NCBI GenBank assembly: GCA_963668675.2
Contig: CAXXMB010000002.1
Span: 2,336,001 to 2,400,000 of the forward strand
Direction of reading: 5' to 3'
Source of the DNA: an uncultured Desulfatitalea sp.
GTDB taxonomy: Bacteria; Desulfobacterota; Desulfobacteria; Desulfobacterales; Desulfosarcinaceae
Length of the DNA stretch: 64,000 nt
Shown: in pieces, positions 19,784 to 29,760 of the stretch
Layout: the number at the start of each line of letters is the position of its first letter
Numbering within the stretch: the first letter of the stretch is position 1
Position numbers and translations under genes: made by a program
Notes under the pieces: generated by a model
What the model was told of the DNA's origin: nothing
Databases searched by the model: none
What the model saw: only the letters and a program-made list of their open reading frames with translations

Positions 19784-21811
19784 ATGACAATCGACCAAGA
19801 TCACCAGCGCGCCAAGCGTTTTGTCTCCTCCGATGCCTATCTTGAACCCCACCTGAAGGCTGTGGAGCGGCGTATTGCCTTGATTTCAAAGAGACGGAAC
19901 GACATCGCCGCCGCCCAGGGGGCGCTGGCCGACTTTGCCTCCGGGCACGAGTACTATGGCCTGCACTTTAAAGACGGAGAGTGGCTGCTGCGCGAATGGG
20001 CGCCCAACGCCACGGCACTCTATTTGATTGGTGAATTGAGTGGCTGGCAGGTGCGTGACGATCTGGCCTTTCGACAGATCGATGCCAACGGTACGTGGGA
20101 ATTACGGCTGCCGGGAGAGCGACTGAAACACGCCGATCTCTATCGGCTTCACCTCCAGTGGCCCGGCGGCAGCGGCGATCGTATCCCGGCATGGGCACGG
20201 CGGGTGGTGCAGGATCCCCGCAGCCTCATCTTCAATGCTCAGGTGTGGCGGCCTGAAACGCCCTACCGCTGGCAGATGCCGGCTTTCAAAGCTGCCGATG
20301 AGCCACCCCTGATTTACGAGGTGCACGTGGGCATGGCCCAACCCGAAGGGGGCGTGGGCAGCTATGCCGCGTTCATCGAGCGTGTGTTGCCCCGCGTGGT
20401 GACAACCGGCTACAACACGCTTCAGATCATGGCCATTCCTGAACACCCCTACTATGGAAGCTTCGGCTATCATGTCAGCAGCTTCTTTGCCCCCTCATCG
20501 CGCTTCGGCACACCCGACGAGTTCAAGGCCCTGGTCGATAACGCCCACATGGCCGGTCTGCGGGTGCTCATCGACCTGGTTCATTCGCATGCTGTCAACA
20601 ATGAAGTCGAAGGTATCAGCCACTATGATGGCAGCGAGTATCAGTTTTTCCACAAGGGACCACGCGGGCGCCATATCGCATGGGATTCGCGTCTGTTCGA
20701 CTATGCCAAGCCGCAAGTCCTGCACTTTCTGCTCTCCAACTGTCGCTACTGGCTGGACGAATTCAGGGTGGATGGTTTTCGCTTCGACGGCATCACCAGC
20801 ATGCTCTACCTGGACCATGGGCTTGAGAAGGCATTTAGCGGCTATGACGACTACTTCAACGCCAATGTCGACGAAGATGCCATTTGCTATCTGGCCCTCG
20901 CCAATCAGTTGATTCACACCGTGCGGCCGGACGCGGTCACCATTGCCGAAGATGTCAGCGGCATGCCAGGGCTGGCAAGACCCTGGGAGGAGGGAGGCAT
21001 CGGTTTCGACTACCGTTTCGCCATGGGGGTGCCCGACTACTGGATTAAGCTGACCAAGGACACCCGGGATGAAGATTGGCACATGGGCGGGCTCTGGTAC
21101 GAACTGAACAATCGCCGCTACGACGAGCGCACGATCTCCTATACCGAATCCCACGACCAGGCCCTGGTTGGAGACAAGACCCTGATTTTTCGGATGGTCG
21201 ATGCCGAGATGTATTACCACATGAGTGTGGGCGACCATCACATGGTGGTGGATCGCGGTGTGGCCTTGCACAAGATGATCCGGTTGATCACCCTGGCCAC
21301 GGCTGGCCACGGCTACCTCAATTTCATGGGCAACGAATTCGGCCACCCCGAGTGGATCGATTTCCCGCGGGAGGGGAACAACTGGTCCTATCACCATGCC
21401 CGGCGTCAGTGGAACCTTGCCGACGATCCCAACCTGAAGTATGCCCAGTTGGGCGCGTTTGACCGAGCGATGATTGAGCTGGTCCGGAAGTACGATGTGC
21501 TGGCGACGCCGTCGATCCGCATGTTGTGGGAGCATGATGACGACAAGATTTTAATCTTTGAGCGGGCAGGACTGATCTGGGCCTTCAACTTCAATCCCAC
21601 CCGCTCGTTCACCGACTACACGTTTTCCGCTCCACCAGGGAGATATGAGGTCGCGCTCGATTCCGACGATGCGCGCTTTGGCGGCTATGGCCGCATCGAC
21701 CACACCCAGTCCCATTTTACCTTGAAGGCCGAAGAGAAGCACCATCCCCCGCACCGGCTCAGCCTCTACCTGCCCCACCGTACGGCGCTTGTTTTACAAT
21801 TGTGCGGGTAG
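19784..21811 (+). CDS. glgB: 1,4-alpha-glucan branching enzyme (GH13_8-like)
   Basis: REWAPNA, DRIPAW, EHPYYGSFGYHV, SSRFGTP, GFRFDGITSMLY, AEDVSGMP, YTESHDQALVGDKT, YLNFMGNEFGHPEWIDFPR. Confidence 0.93.
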   Translation: MTIDQDHQRAKRFVSSDAYLEPHLKAVERRIALISKRRNDIAAAQGALADFASGHEYYGLHFKDGEWLLREWAPNATALYLIGELSGWQVRDDLAFRQIDANGTWELRLPGERLKHADLYRLHLQWPGGSGDRIPAWARRVVQDPRSLIFNAQVWRPETPYRWQMPAFKAADEPPLIYEVHVGMAQPEGGVGSYAAFIERVLPRVVTTGYNTLQIMAIPEHPYYGSFGYHVSSFFAPSSRFGTPDEFKALVDNAHMAGLRVLIDLVHSHAVNNEVEGISHYDGSEYQFFHKGPRGRHIAWDSRLFDYAKPQVLHFLLSNCRYWLDEFRVDGFRFDGITSMLYLDHGLEKAFSGYDDYFNANVDEDAICYLALANQLIHTVRPDAVTIAEDVSGMPGLARPWEEGGIGFDYRFAMGVPDYWIKLTKDTRDEDWHMGGLWYELNNRRYDERTISYTESHDQALVGDKTLIFRMVDAEMYYHMSVGDHHMVVDRGVALHKMIRLITLATAGHGYLNFMGNEFGHPEWIDFPREGNNWSYHHARRQWNLADDPNLKYAQLGAFDRAMIELVRKYDVLATPSIRMLWEHDDDKILIFERAGLIWAFNFNPTRSFTDYTFSAPPGRYEVALDSDDARFGGYGRIDHTQSHFTLKAEEKHHPPHRLSLYLPHRTALVLQLCG

Positions 21812-21839
21812 AGAGCAATTTTGTCGAACGCTATTTTTT

Positions 21840-21972
21840 GATGGCCCCGTAAAAGGTCTTTCGCACGTCATGCCGGACTTGATCCGGCATCCAGAACCCA
21901 TTGTAAATAATGGATTCCGGCCTTCGCCGGAATGACGGGGAAAGGACTTATGGGACTTTTTCCGATTTCATC
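21840..21972. repeat. MITE/REP-like palindromic element
   Basis: Imperfect outer IR GATGgcccCGtAAAAgGTC...GACTTTTTcCGatttCATC enclosing the REP-type doublet GTCATGCCGGacttgaTCCGGCATCCA...TGGATTCCGGCcttcGCCGGAATGAC; lies between convergent genes. Confidence 0.75.
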
Positions 21973-21988
21973 ACTTTTGTTTGATAGC

Positions 21989-22582
21989 TCAGCTCTTCTT
22001 GTAGATGTGGAACAGCTTCATCACCTTTTGGACGTATCGCTGGGTTTCGTCGTAGGGGGGAATGTCCTTGTATCGTTCGACGGCGGTGGGACCGGCATTG
22101 TAGGCGGCCAGGGCCAGGGGGAGCTGGCCTTGGAAGCGCTCGATCATGGCTTTGAGATAGCGCGCCCCGCCCATGATATTCTCCCAGGGGTCGAAGGGGT
22201 CGCTGATGTCGAGCCGTTCCAGGTTCTGGGGCATGATCTGCATCAATCCCATGGCCCCCTTCTTGGATACCGCCTTGGGGTCGAAGTAGGACTCCACGTG
22301 AATCAGGGCCTTGAGCAGGGAGAAGGAGATGCCGTTCTGCTTGGCCGCTTCTTTGATGACATCGTCGTAGCTCTCGATGGAGTACCATGCTTTGGGGCGC
22401 AACGGCGTTTCGCGCATGTATACCTTGTAATTGCTGGAGGTGGGGGTGTTGGTGAAGTGCAAAACACCTTCACTGTCCACGAAGACGTAGATATCGGCAT
22501 GGGCGTGCGGCGTGACAAAAAATGTCAGCAGGACAATTATTGACGGTATGAGCAGTGCGAGTGATAGGTGCCGGTGTTTCAT
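21989..22582 (-). CDS. Lytic transglycosylase (SLT domain) with N-terminal DUF4124-like domain
   Basis: Signal peptide; DIYVFVDSEGVLHFTN; VES, AVSKKGAMGLMQIMP, AAYNAG, IPPYDETQRYV. Confidence 0.92.
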   Translation of the reverse strand: MKHRHLSLALLIPSIIVLLTFFVTPHAHADIYVFVDSEGVLHFTNTPTSSNYKVYMRETPLRPKAWYSIESYDDVIKEAAKQNGISFSLLKALIHVESYFDPKAVSKKGAMGLMQIMPQNLERLDISDPFDPWENIMGGARYLKAMIERFQGQLPLALAAYNAGPTAVERYKDIPPYDETQRYVQKVMKLFHIYKKS

Positions 22583-22755
22583 GGTTTTTCGATCTCTGTT
22601 GCGTTTAATTGTCACTTCTGCCGCTACATCTGGTATCTGGTCCTCAGCAACACGCCGATATATGTCTATCGGTCGATTTTCCCGGAAGTTAAGTTCTCGG
22701 TTTCCGGTGCAACGGTGATCCCTCGGCTATGTAAGCCATGCAAAAAGCATTCCTT

Positions 22756-23166
22756 CTATTCATCCGAAACCATTTCGATTTCCGTGATGATCTCAGCCAC
22801 CCCACGCACCGTGGCGGCCACGGAGCAATATTTTTCCTGGGAAAGCTGAACCGCCTGGGAGATGGCCTTTTCCGTCAAATCCTTGCCGCTGACCCGATAC
22901 TTCAGGTGAATGCGCCGATAGGCCCATGGTGGATCGGGATCCTGTTCACCATCGGCGATAATTTCGAGCATGGTGAGCGGCTTGCGTTTTTTGGTCATGA
23001 TATCAAGTACATCGTAAGCGGTGCAGGCCGACAGGCCGATGAGCAGCATCTGGGAGGGGCTGACGCCTTTGGCCGGATCGTCGCCGGAAAGCACGACCGA
23101 TTGATTATGGGAATCCGTACCCAGAAACTTTTTGTCCGTCAACCAGCGAACGGCGGTGGTCGGCAT
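22756..23166 (-). CDS. OsmC family protein (YhfA-like)
   Basis: SPSQMLLIGLSACTAYDV and EKYCSV Cys pair. Confidence 0.9.
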   Translation of the reverse strand: MPTTAVRWLTDKKFLGTDSHNQSVVLSGDDPAKGVSPSQMLLIGLSACTAYDVLDIMTKKRKPLTMLEIIADGEQDPDPPWAYRRIHLKYRVSGKDLTEKAISQAVQLSQEKYCSVAATVRGVAEIITEIEMVSDE

Positions 23167-23322
23167 GGTGATACTCCTTTATGGTGATATGGGTGGGTGC
23201 CTTTGAGAGCGAATTCACCATACTGATTTTCGGTGGGCCGCGCAAGCGTTTCGAAAAAGCTTATTGGAACGGCTTTCGATATGGTAACGTGGGGTCAACT
23301 TTTGGAAGAGGGACAACGCGTT

Positions 23323-24180
23323 ATGCCCTTTTTGATGTGGATTGTCATTCTGCTGCTCGTTGCTTTAATGGCGTGGTGCCTCCAGCGTATTCGAAAACAG
23401 GCGCTACGCCTGGAGAAGCTGCGCAACGCACTCAACGATGCCAAGATTCGCCTCCATGCCATGGAGGAGGATCAGAACCGGCGCGATACCCATCGCGAAA
23501 GCACGGAAGATCGCTTGAGAGGCTATCTGCAGTTGCTGGATGCGCTGATCAACACCATCCCCAACCCCATCTACTTCAAGGATGCCCAGGGGGTTTTTCA
23601 GGGCTGCAACCGGGTCTTTGCCAAGAGCATACTGGGCTTGACCCGTGACCGTATCATCGGAGTACGCCCCCAGGAGTTGCCCGAGCAGATTCCGCCGGAG
23701 CTGGCTGCGACCTATCTGCGCCAGGAGATGACGATGATACAGAAAGGGCAGTCCCACACCTTCGAGGCCGAGGCCCTTTGTGCCGACGGTCAGCGGCGCA
23801 ATTTTCTCTTCAGTCTGGCACTCATTCAGAATGAGGACGACGCACCGATCGGCAGTGTGGCAGTGCTTTCCGATTTGACTGAGCAGAACCGCGCCGCCCG
23901 GGACCGGGCGCACAGAGAGAAGCTCGAAGGGGTGCTCGAGACGGCCGGCGGTGTCTGCCACGAATTCAACCAACCCCTGCAGGCGTTGTCCGGATATCTG
24001 GAACTGCTAACCATGAAAAGCAAGGCCGATGAGGGTCTTGCGGAGTATGTCGCCAAGGCGCTTGACCAGATCGAGCGCATGCGATCCATTACAGCCAAGC
24101 TGCAGGGGATCACCCATTACGAGACCATGCAGTACGCTAACAAGACCAAGATCATCGATATTCACAAATCTTCACGGTAG
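23323..24180 (+). CDS. Membrane-anchored PAS protein with HisKA-like H-box and no HATPase domain
   Basis: TM helix, coiled coil, PAS (IPNPIYFKD..GCNRVF), CHEFNQPLQ; the protein ends about 70 aa after the His. Confidence 0.85.
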   Translation: MPFLMWIVILLLVALMAWCLQRIRKQALRLEKLRNALNDAKIRLHAMEEDQNRRDTHRESTEDRLRGYLQLLDALINTIPNPIYFKDAQGVFQGCNRVFAKSILGLTRDRIIGVRPQELPEQIPPELAATYLRQEMTMIQKGQSHTFEAEALCADGQRRNFLFSLALIQNEDDAPIGSVAVLSDLTEQNRAARDRAHREKLEGVLETAGGVCHEFNQPLQALSGYLELLTMKSKADEGLAEYVAKALDQIERMRSITAKLQGITHYETMQYANKTKIIDIHKSSR

Positions 24181-24205
24181 AAGCGTGTGCCTGCCTCTCT
24201 CGCTG

Positions 24206-25210
24206 CTATGCCCCATCGGCCAGCGCCCAGGTTAAAAACCGGGCATAGACCTGCCAGACGTTGTCACCATACCCCCCAGCCATAAGAAAGGCCGCCGGAA
24301 TGTTTTTCGAGCGTAGAAATCGATAGATCATCTGATCTCTTATCAGCATCTGATCCAGCGTGAGCTTCAAACCCGAGGTCGAGGGCAGCTCATCCCCCTC
24401 ATAAGGATCGGCGCCATCAACGACGATGGCCAGGTCCGCCCGTCCCCTCCGCTCCATCTCCTTGAGCCCTGCACCCAACCGGTCGACATATCCCCCCTCT
24501 TCGCCCGCCTCGATGGGGATGTCGATGTCGCTGGGAGTGAAGACCGGATTGGGTGTTCCATCTTTTAGGCGGCGTGGCCCATCCAGCGGCCAACCAGTGG
24601 CCATGTGGACACTCAGGGTGACGATGCTGTTGTCATCGGCGGTCAGCGCGGCCGTCCCGTCGCCCTTGTGGGCATCCACATCGATAATCCATACGCGCTG
24701 TACGGCGTTTTCAGCCTGTAGTTTGCGTGCGGCGATGACGATGTCATTGATCATGCAGAAACCGCTGCCGTGGTCGCTGTAGGCGTGGTGCATGCCGCCG
24801 CCGAAGTAGAAACAGAAACCATGAGCCAGGGCGAGTCGTCCACACTGGGTCGATCCGGCTGCTTTGATCAGCATGCGTTCAAACAGTTGATCGAGGGGGT
24901 ATTGGGCCGTTTCGGGGGCATAGCGATGGTAGCTGCCGTCGGCGGCGATCAACTCATAGGTGGAGAGGATCTCCTCTTCGAGCCGATCCGAGAAAAGCCG
25001 TTGGACGTAGGCCGGGCTGTGGACCCGCAGCAGATCCTCACGGGAGAGGCGCTCGGTGACGGCCGGAGCGTGCCACTTCTCAATTATGGGCCCCAGGTTC
25101 GGATGACGCTTCAGCGCTGCGAAGGTTCGAGTGGATCGACTGTCGCGTACAGGGATGAGAATGCCGAAAGGCTCAAGACTCATGGTGATGGATGTGTCGT
25201 AGAGAATCAT
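24206..25210 (-). CDS. Histone deacetylase family (Zn-dependent) amidohydrolase
   Basis: GGMHHA, GFC, DVDAHKGDG, GADP, GGY motifs. Confidence 0.9.
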   Translation of the reverse strand: MILYDTSITMSLEPFGILIPVRDSRSTRTFAALKRHPNLGPIIEKWHAPAVTERLSREDLLRVHSPAYVQRLFSDRLEEEILSTYELIAADGSYHRYAPETAQYPLDQLFERMLIKAAGSTQCGRLALAHGFCFYFGGGMHHAYSDHGSGFCMINDIVIAARKLQAENAVQRVWIIDVDAHKGDGTAALTADDNSIVTLSVHMATGWPLDGPRRLKDGTPNPVFTPSDIDIPIEAGEEGGYVDRLGAGLKEMERRGRADLAIVVDGADPYEGDELPSTSGLKLTLDQMLIRDQMIYRFLRSKNIPAAFLMAGGYGDNVWQVYARFLTWALADGA

Positions 25211-25419
25211 GCCGTGCTCCCTTCCCTATTGTTATGCATTCGAGCTCCTATGGATAACACCGGCGGTTGGGTTAAAGATGGCATAATCTAATGCGCCTGG
25301 GACGTAAGTCACCCTGTGGCAAACATAAAATGCATCGGTTGGCCTACAGATGACCCCGATAGAAAGGCTGCTTTTTCCGGACGGGGCGTTGCAGGAAAAA
25401 TTGAGTGATCGATACAAGG

Positions 25420-25456
25420 AATGAGCCCCCGCTCATCATGTGCGGGGGCTCATTTT
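25420..25456. terminator. Stem-loop/terminator downstream of the TRAP operon
   Basis: AATGAGCCCCCGC-9 nt-GCGGGGGCTCATT. Confidence 0.55.
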
Positions 25457-25512
25457 AGACTATATGAGATGTTGTCCGCCCGATCGATTGATCCGGTTTC
25501 TGTCCGATCAGT

Positions 25513-28170
25513 TTAAGCGGTGGCTTTGCTCATTTCCTGCCGCTGGGCTATTGGCAGCGTCAGCGATGGATCCTTCCTGATACGCACCTTCTGCTTGAAG
25601 AAAACAAGCACCCAGAGTCCAATGCCGATGAGATCCACGATCAGCACCGGGAAGTCCACGCCCAACAGCCAATGGACGATCTTGGGGAAGAAGAGCAGCA
25701 ACGTGGCCACGGCGCAGATGCCCCACTCCGCAATCGTGGTGGGGCAGAGGAAGTAGCCCATGGTGAGGCTGCCGAAGGCGACGGTGCCCAGCACGATGGT
25801 GAACCAGGTGCTGACCACCTGATACCAGGGCATGATAAAGTCCGGCCCGCCAAGTAGAAATCCCGGAGAGAAGGCGAAGAGAAAGGGTCCGATATAGAGC
25901 ATCTTGGCGAACTTGAATGCGGTCCAACCGGTTTTCCAGGGGTCTGAACCGGCAATGGCCGCGCCCGCGTAGGCCGCCACACAGACCGGCGGCGTGATGT
26001 TGGAGTCCTGACTGAACCAGTAGACGATCATGTGCGAGGCCAGCAGCGCCCATGTCAGTTGCGCAGAGATGGCCATGTACTGCGGTTCGTTGGGCATCAG
26101 GTTCTCCAGCGGCTGCTTGAACTCGTAGAGGGAGACGCCGACCTGGGACTGGATGATCATGTCGCTCAGCGCGCCCACTGCCAATACAGCCGTGATCAGG
26201 TAGGCCGCCGTTACCGGTACGCCCATGCCGAGCACCAGTGAGGCCAGGCCGATGAGCAGAATGGCCAGGGGCAGGTAGCCGAACGAGAGATCGATGATGA
26301 TCTGGGAAAATTTCAATCCGATGCCGGTCAACTGGATTGTCCCCACGATGATACCGATCACACCCACCGTGGCGCCGATGACCAGGGTTGAACGGGCGCC
26401 TTCCAGCAACGGCGTCAATACTTCTTTGTAGCGTTGCTTCGGATCTTTGAGCACTAAGCTTACAATTGGATAGGCGACAAAGGCCAGAAAACCGCTGATG
26501 GCGGAATTATCAACGAAAATGATGGCCCCCAACAAGCCGATGAAAGCCGGGATCATGGTGATACCGAAGCCGGTGTAATCGAAGCCCTTTTCGGTTTGGT
26601 TGATATCCCTGGTGAGTACACCGATTAAAGTGTATGCGACGAGACCGCCGACGATCAGGGCTGCTACACTCTCCGTCACGAAGATGTGCACCGCCCATAC
26701 TGCCAATGGTGGTACAGCAAAGCGCGCAATCTCCTTGAGTCCGGTCGTGAAATTCTGGTCCAGCCAGAACACCACGATACAGCTCAGGATTGCCCAGTAG
26801 GCAGCAAGTCCGGGTGAGTAGCCGAAGAGCATCATCACCACGATGATCACCAGCGGCAGGGACATGAACCACTGTTGTTTCAGGATTTGGAATGCGGTAG
26901 GCGCTTCGGGGTCGTCGATACCCACCAGCCCGTAGCGCTTGGCCTCGAAGTGGATCATGACAAAGACCGACAGAAAATAGATCACGGCCGGAAAGATGGC
27001 CATGAGCATGATTTTCACATAGGGAATCTCCGTCATTTCGGCCATGATAAATCCGCCGGCCCCCATGATGGGGGGCATGAACATGCCGCCGATGGAGGCA
27101 GAAGGCTCGATGGCCCCGGCCACATGGGGACGGAATCCCGCTTTCTTCATCAGGGGAATGGTAAAGGCCCCTGTGGAGACCGTATTGGCGATGGCCGATC
27201 CGGAGACCGATCCGAAAAAGCCCGAAGCCATGACGGCCACTTTCGCCGGCCCGCCCACGGTGCGCCCGGCCAGGGCCATGGGCAGGTCGAGGAAGAAACG
27301 GCTGGCGCCCGAGGATTTCAGGAACGAGCCGAAGAAGATGAACAGGATGACATAGGTCACCAGCACGGTGGCCATGATGCCGAAGACACCCTCCTGTTTG
27401 TAGTAGATGTGGTTGAGGGCCCGGTCGATTTTGAAGCCTTCGTGGGCAAACGCGTTGATGATGGGGATGTGGTGAAGCACATCCCCCCAGAAGGCGTAGA
27501 GCAGAAATACCGCGCCCACGATGGTCATGGACCAGCCCAGCACGCGGCGGGCCACCTCCAGGGAGATCAGGATGCCCAGCATGCTCACCGCCGTATCCAA
27601 GGCGTTTTCCGATCCCATGCGGTAGTTGATGTTTTCATACTCGACAATGAAGTAGCCGACCACAAAGGCCGCTGCCAGGGCCAGGACGATGTCGAGCATG
27701 ATGACCGATCCGTCCGAGCGCCGGTTGCCCCAGAATCGTATCGGCAGAAAGAAAGAGACGGCCGCCGCCAGGCCCGCCAATGCATAGAACCAGTTGATCC
27801 CCTCAAACGGCTCTTCATTGCCCTGGCTGCCCAGCAGGAAGTGGAGCGCAAAGTAGACGCAGAGGAAGAGGCAGGCGAATGAGATGGCTGCGTCGATGTA
27901 GTAGCCTCTCTTTTTAGGGGCCTTGTCGGTGAACGGGTAGTGTACGAAGACCAGGATGTAGGTCAGCAGGACGTAGAAGCCGAGAAAGTACTGCGTGTCT
28001 ACGGGCGTGGCCGCACAGTACATGTAAAAGAGCACCATGAAGATGCCCATGCCGGCGCTGATGTAGTACCAGAGACCTGTATCGATATTGCGACCGACCT
28101 TCTCATCCTTCTGGATGATCTCCTTGAGTTTCTCTTGGTCAGCGGCTTCAATGATTTGGGGATCGCTCAT
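25513..28170 (-). CDS. TRAP transporter fused permease (4TM/12TM, TAXI-associated)
   Basis: GGPAKVAV, SGSAIAN, ASIGGMFMPPIMGAGGF, LGMGVPVTAAY, ITPPVC; ATG 28170 after GAGG. Confidence 0.92.
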   Translation of the reverse strand: MSDPQIIEAADQEKLKEIIQKDEKVGRNIDTGLWYYISAGMGIFMVLFYMYCAATPVDTQYFLGFYVLLTYILVFVHYPFTDKAPKKRGYYIDAAISFACLFLCVYFALHFLLGSQGNEEPFEGINWFYALAGLAAAVSFFLPIRFWGNRRSDGSVIMLDIVLALAAAFVVGYFIVEYENINYRMGSENALDTAVSMLGILISLEVARRVLGWSMTIVGAVFLLYAFWGDVLHHIPIINAFAHEGFKIDRALNHIYYKQEGVFGIMATVLVTYVILFIFFGSFLKSSGASRFFLDLPMALAGRTVGGPAKVAVMASGFFGSVSGSAIANTVSTGAFTIPLMKKAGFRPHVAGAIEPSASIGGMFMPPIMGAGGFIMAEMTEIPYVKIMLMAIFPAVIYFLSVFVMIHFEAKRYGLVGIDDPEAPTAFQILKQQWFMSLPLVIIVVMMLFGYSPGLAAYWAILSCIVVFWLDQNFTTGLKEIARFAVPPLAVWAVHIFVTESVAALIVGGLVAYTLIGVLTRDINQTEKGFDYTGFGITMIPAFIGLLGAIIFVDNSAISGFLAFVAYPIVSLVLKDPKQRYKEVLTPLLEGARSTLVIGATVGVIGIIVGTIQLTGIGLKFSQIIIDLSFGYLPLAILLIGLASLVLGMGVPVTAAYLITAVLAVGALSDMIIQSQVGVSLYEFKQPLENLMPNEPQYMAISAQLTWALLASHMIVYWFSQDSNITPPVCVAAYAGAAIAGSDPWKTGWTAFKFAKMLYIGPFLFAFSPGFLLGGPDFIMPWYQVVSTWFTIVLGTVAFGSLTMGYFLCPTTIAEWGICAVATLLLFFPKIVHWLLGVDFPVLIVDLIGIGLWVLVFFKQKVRIRKDPSLTLPIAQRQEMSKATA

Positions 28171-28453
28171 GGCTTGTTCCTCGGGCCGGTTGTAAAGGCG
28201 GGCTGCTGCCTTTTCCGGTGCATGGTCTGTTGATCTGTTGGGTTGCCGTTTGGTGGTTGCCATCTCGTCGCAAAACTTACCGTTTCAGGGAGAGATGGTC
28301 TGTTCGATAGATCTGTCGTGCATTAAATATCCGTCGGCCATATCGATTCAGTCCAAACGAAATCCGACGGGGAGCATACAGGCTTGGGGGAGGCACATGT
28401 GGTGCCGTCCCCCAAGTGTAGTGAAGCGTATCCGATAATGGCAAGTGCAAAGT

Positions 28454-29431
28454 TTATGGCATCAGATTTGCCGGAATCTCCTTGCCCTGCTCTTTCCAGA
28501 ATTTGACCGCCCCCGGATGCAGCGGTACCGATGCGCCGCGGAAGGCGTTTTCCAGGGTCATCGCCTTGAAGGTCTTCTTGGCCGTCACCATGGCCTCCAT
28601 GCCCTTTTCCGACCAGAGGGTCTTCATGACCGTGTAGACCAGATCCTCGGGCAGATCCTTGTTGGCGCTCAGGATGGTCGAATCCTGAAAGGTCTTGCAC
28701 TCGGGCATGTTCTTACCGTAGGTGCCGGCTGGAATGGTGGTCGGGCTGTAGGCATAGGCCTTGTAAAAGCCGCTCTTTTCAGCATCCACGCCCACATCGA
28801 TCAGGCGGATCTTCACCTGTACGCTCGCTTCGATGATTGAACGGTTGGGGTAGCCCACCAGAACCCAGAAGGCGTCGATCTTGCCGTCTTTGAAGGCGCT
28901 GGCAGCCGCGGAATAGCCCATGAAGGTCGGCTTGAAGTTGTCCCACACACCGATATGGCGGAAAAAGCGTTCGGCGCTGGCGGCCGCACCGGAGCCGGCG
29001 TTGCCCACGGCCACGCGCTTACCCTTCAGGTCCATGGCGCTTTTGACCTTGCTGTCCGCATTGACCACCAACTGGGCCGGGGCGCCGTACAGGTAACCCA
29101 TGGCGCGCAATCCGTTGTACTTATTGTTGTCTTTGGGCAGTTTGCCGGCAAAACCGAGGTCGCTGTCCACCGCATAGCAAAGCCCGAAGTCAGACTCACC
29201 GTTGGAGACGCGCTTGACATTCTCCACCGAGCCGCCCGAACCGACCGACGAAGCCTTGATGTTGGCATTGACCTTGGGTACGTAGATGGCCATGCCGTTG
29301 GAGAAGGTGTTGAAGGTGCCGCCCGTCGGACCGCCGCCGATTTTTACGCTGTAGTCCTGAGCCATCGCCGGTGTCATAAATAGAGCCAAAACGGCAGTGA
29401 ACACCAACAGGTGCATGGAAACCTTTTTCAT
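28454..29431 (-). CDS. TAXI family TRAP solute-binding subunit
   Basis: Signal peptide, GGPTGGTF, GGSVEN, DLKGKRVAVG..GSG, VPLHPGAVKFW; AGGAGG RBS. Confidence 0.93.
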   Translation of the reverse strand: MKKVSMHLLVFTAVLALFMTPAMAQDYSVKIGGGPTGGTFNTFSNGMAIYVPKVNANIKASSVGSGGSVENVKRVSNGESDFGLCYAVDSDLGFAGKLPKDNNKYNGLRAMGYLYGAPAQLVVNADSKVKSAMDLKGKRVAVGNAGSGAAASAERFFRHIGVWDNFKPTFMGYSAAASAFKDGKIDAFWVLVGYPNRSIIEASVQVKIRLIDVGVDAEKSGFYKAYAYSPTTIPAGTYGKNMPECKTFQDSTILSANKDLPEDLVYTVMKTLWSEKGMEAMVTAKKTFKAMTLENAFRGASVPLHPGAVKFWKEQGKEIPANLMP

Positions 29432-29699
29432 GTCTGACCTCCTATTGTCGTTGATATTTCGGATGGGCCGCAGGTATCGCTGAGCATCGCCCCTCCTCTC
29501 TTTTTTATGATTACACTTTAGCCGGCGCAATCAGGAGGGGTCAATTGGACGATTTCTGATTTGTCTGTAGGTAAAGTTCTTACATATAATGATTTATTCG
29601 AACAGCTCGGTTTTCTCCCAATGCTTTTCATTGTCATTCCTTATAATTGCGCATATGCCTTGTTGACATTTAGTGTCGGTTTATCTAATTTGTATAAAG

Positions 29700-29714
29700 T
29701 TTAGGCGGGCTAAA
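29700..29714. promoter_or_regulatory. Candidate MarR operator
   Basis: TTTAG-gcggg-CTAAA palindrome in the AT-rich region 46 bp upstream of the marR gene; TTGACA at 29663. Confidence 0.4.
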
Positions 29715-29760
29715 TGTTTTTCTAATTAAATTTTAATATAGGTAAATATTAGGTGGGTTA

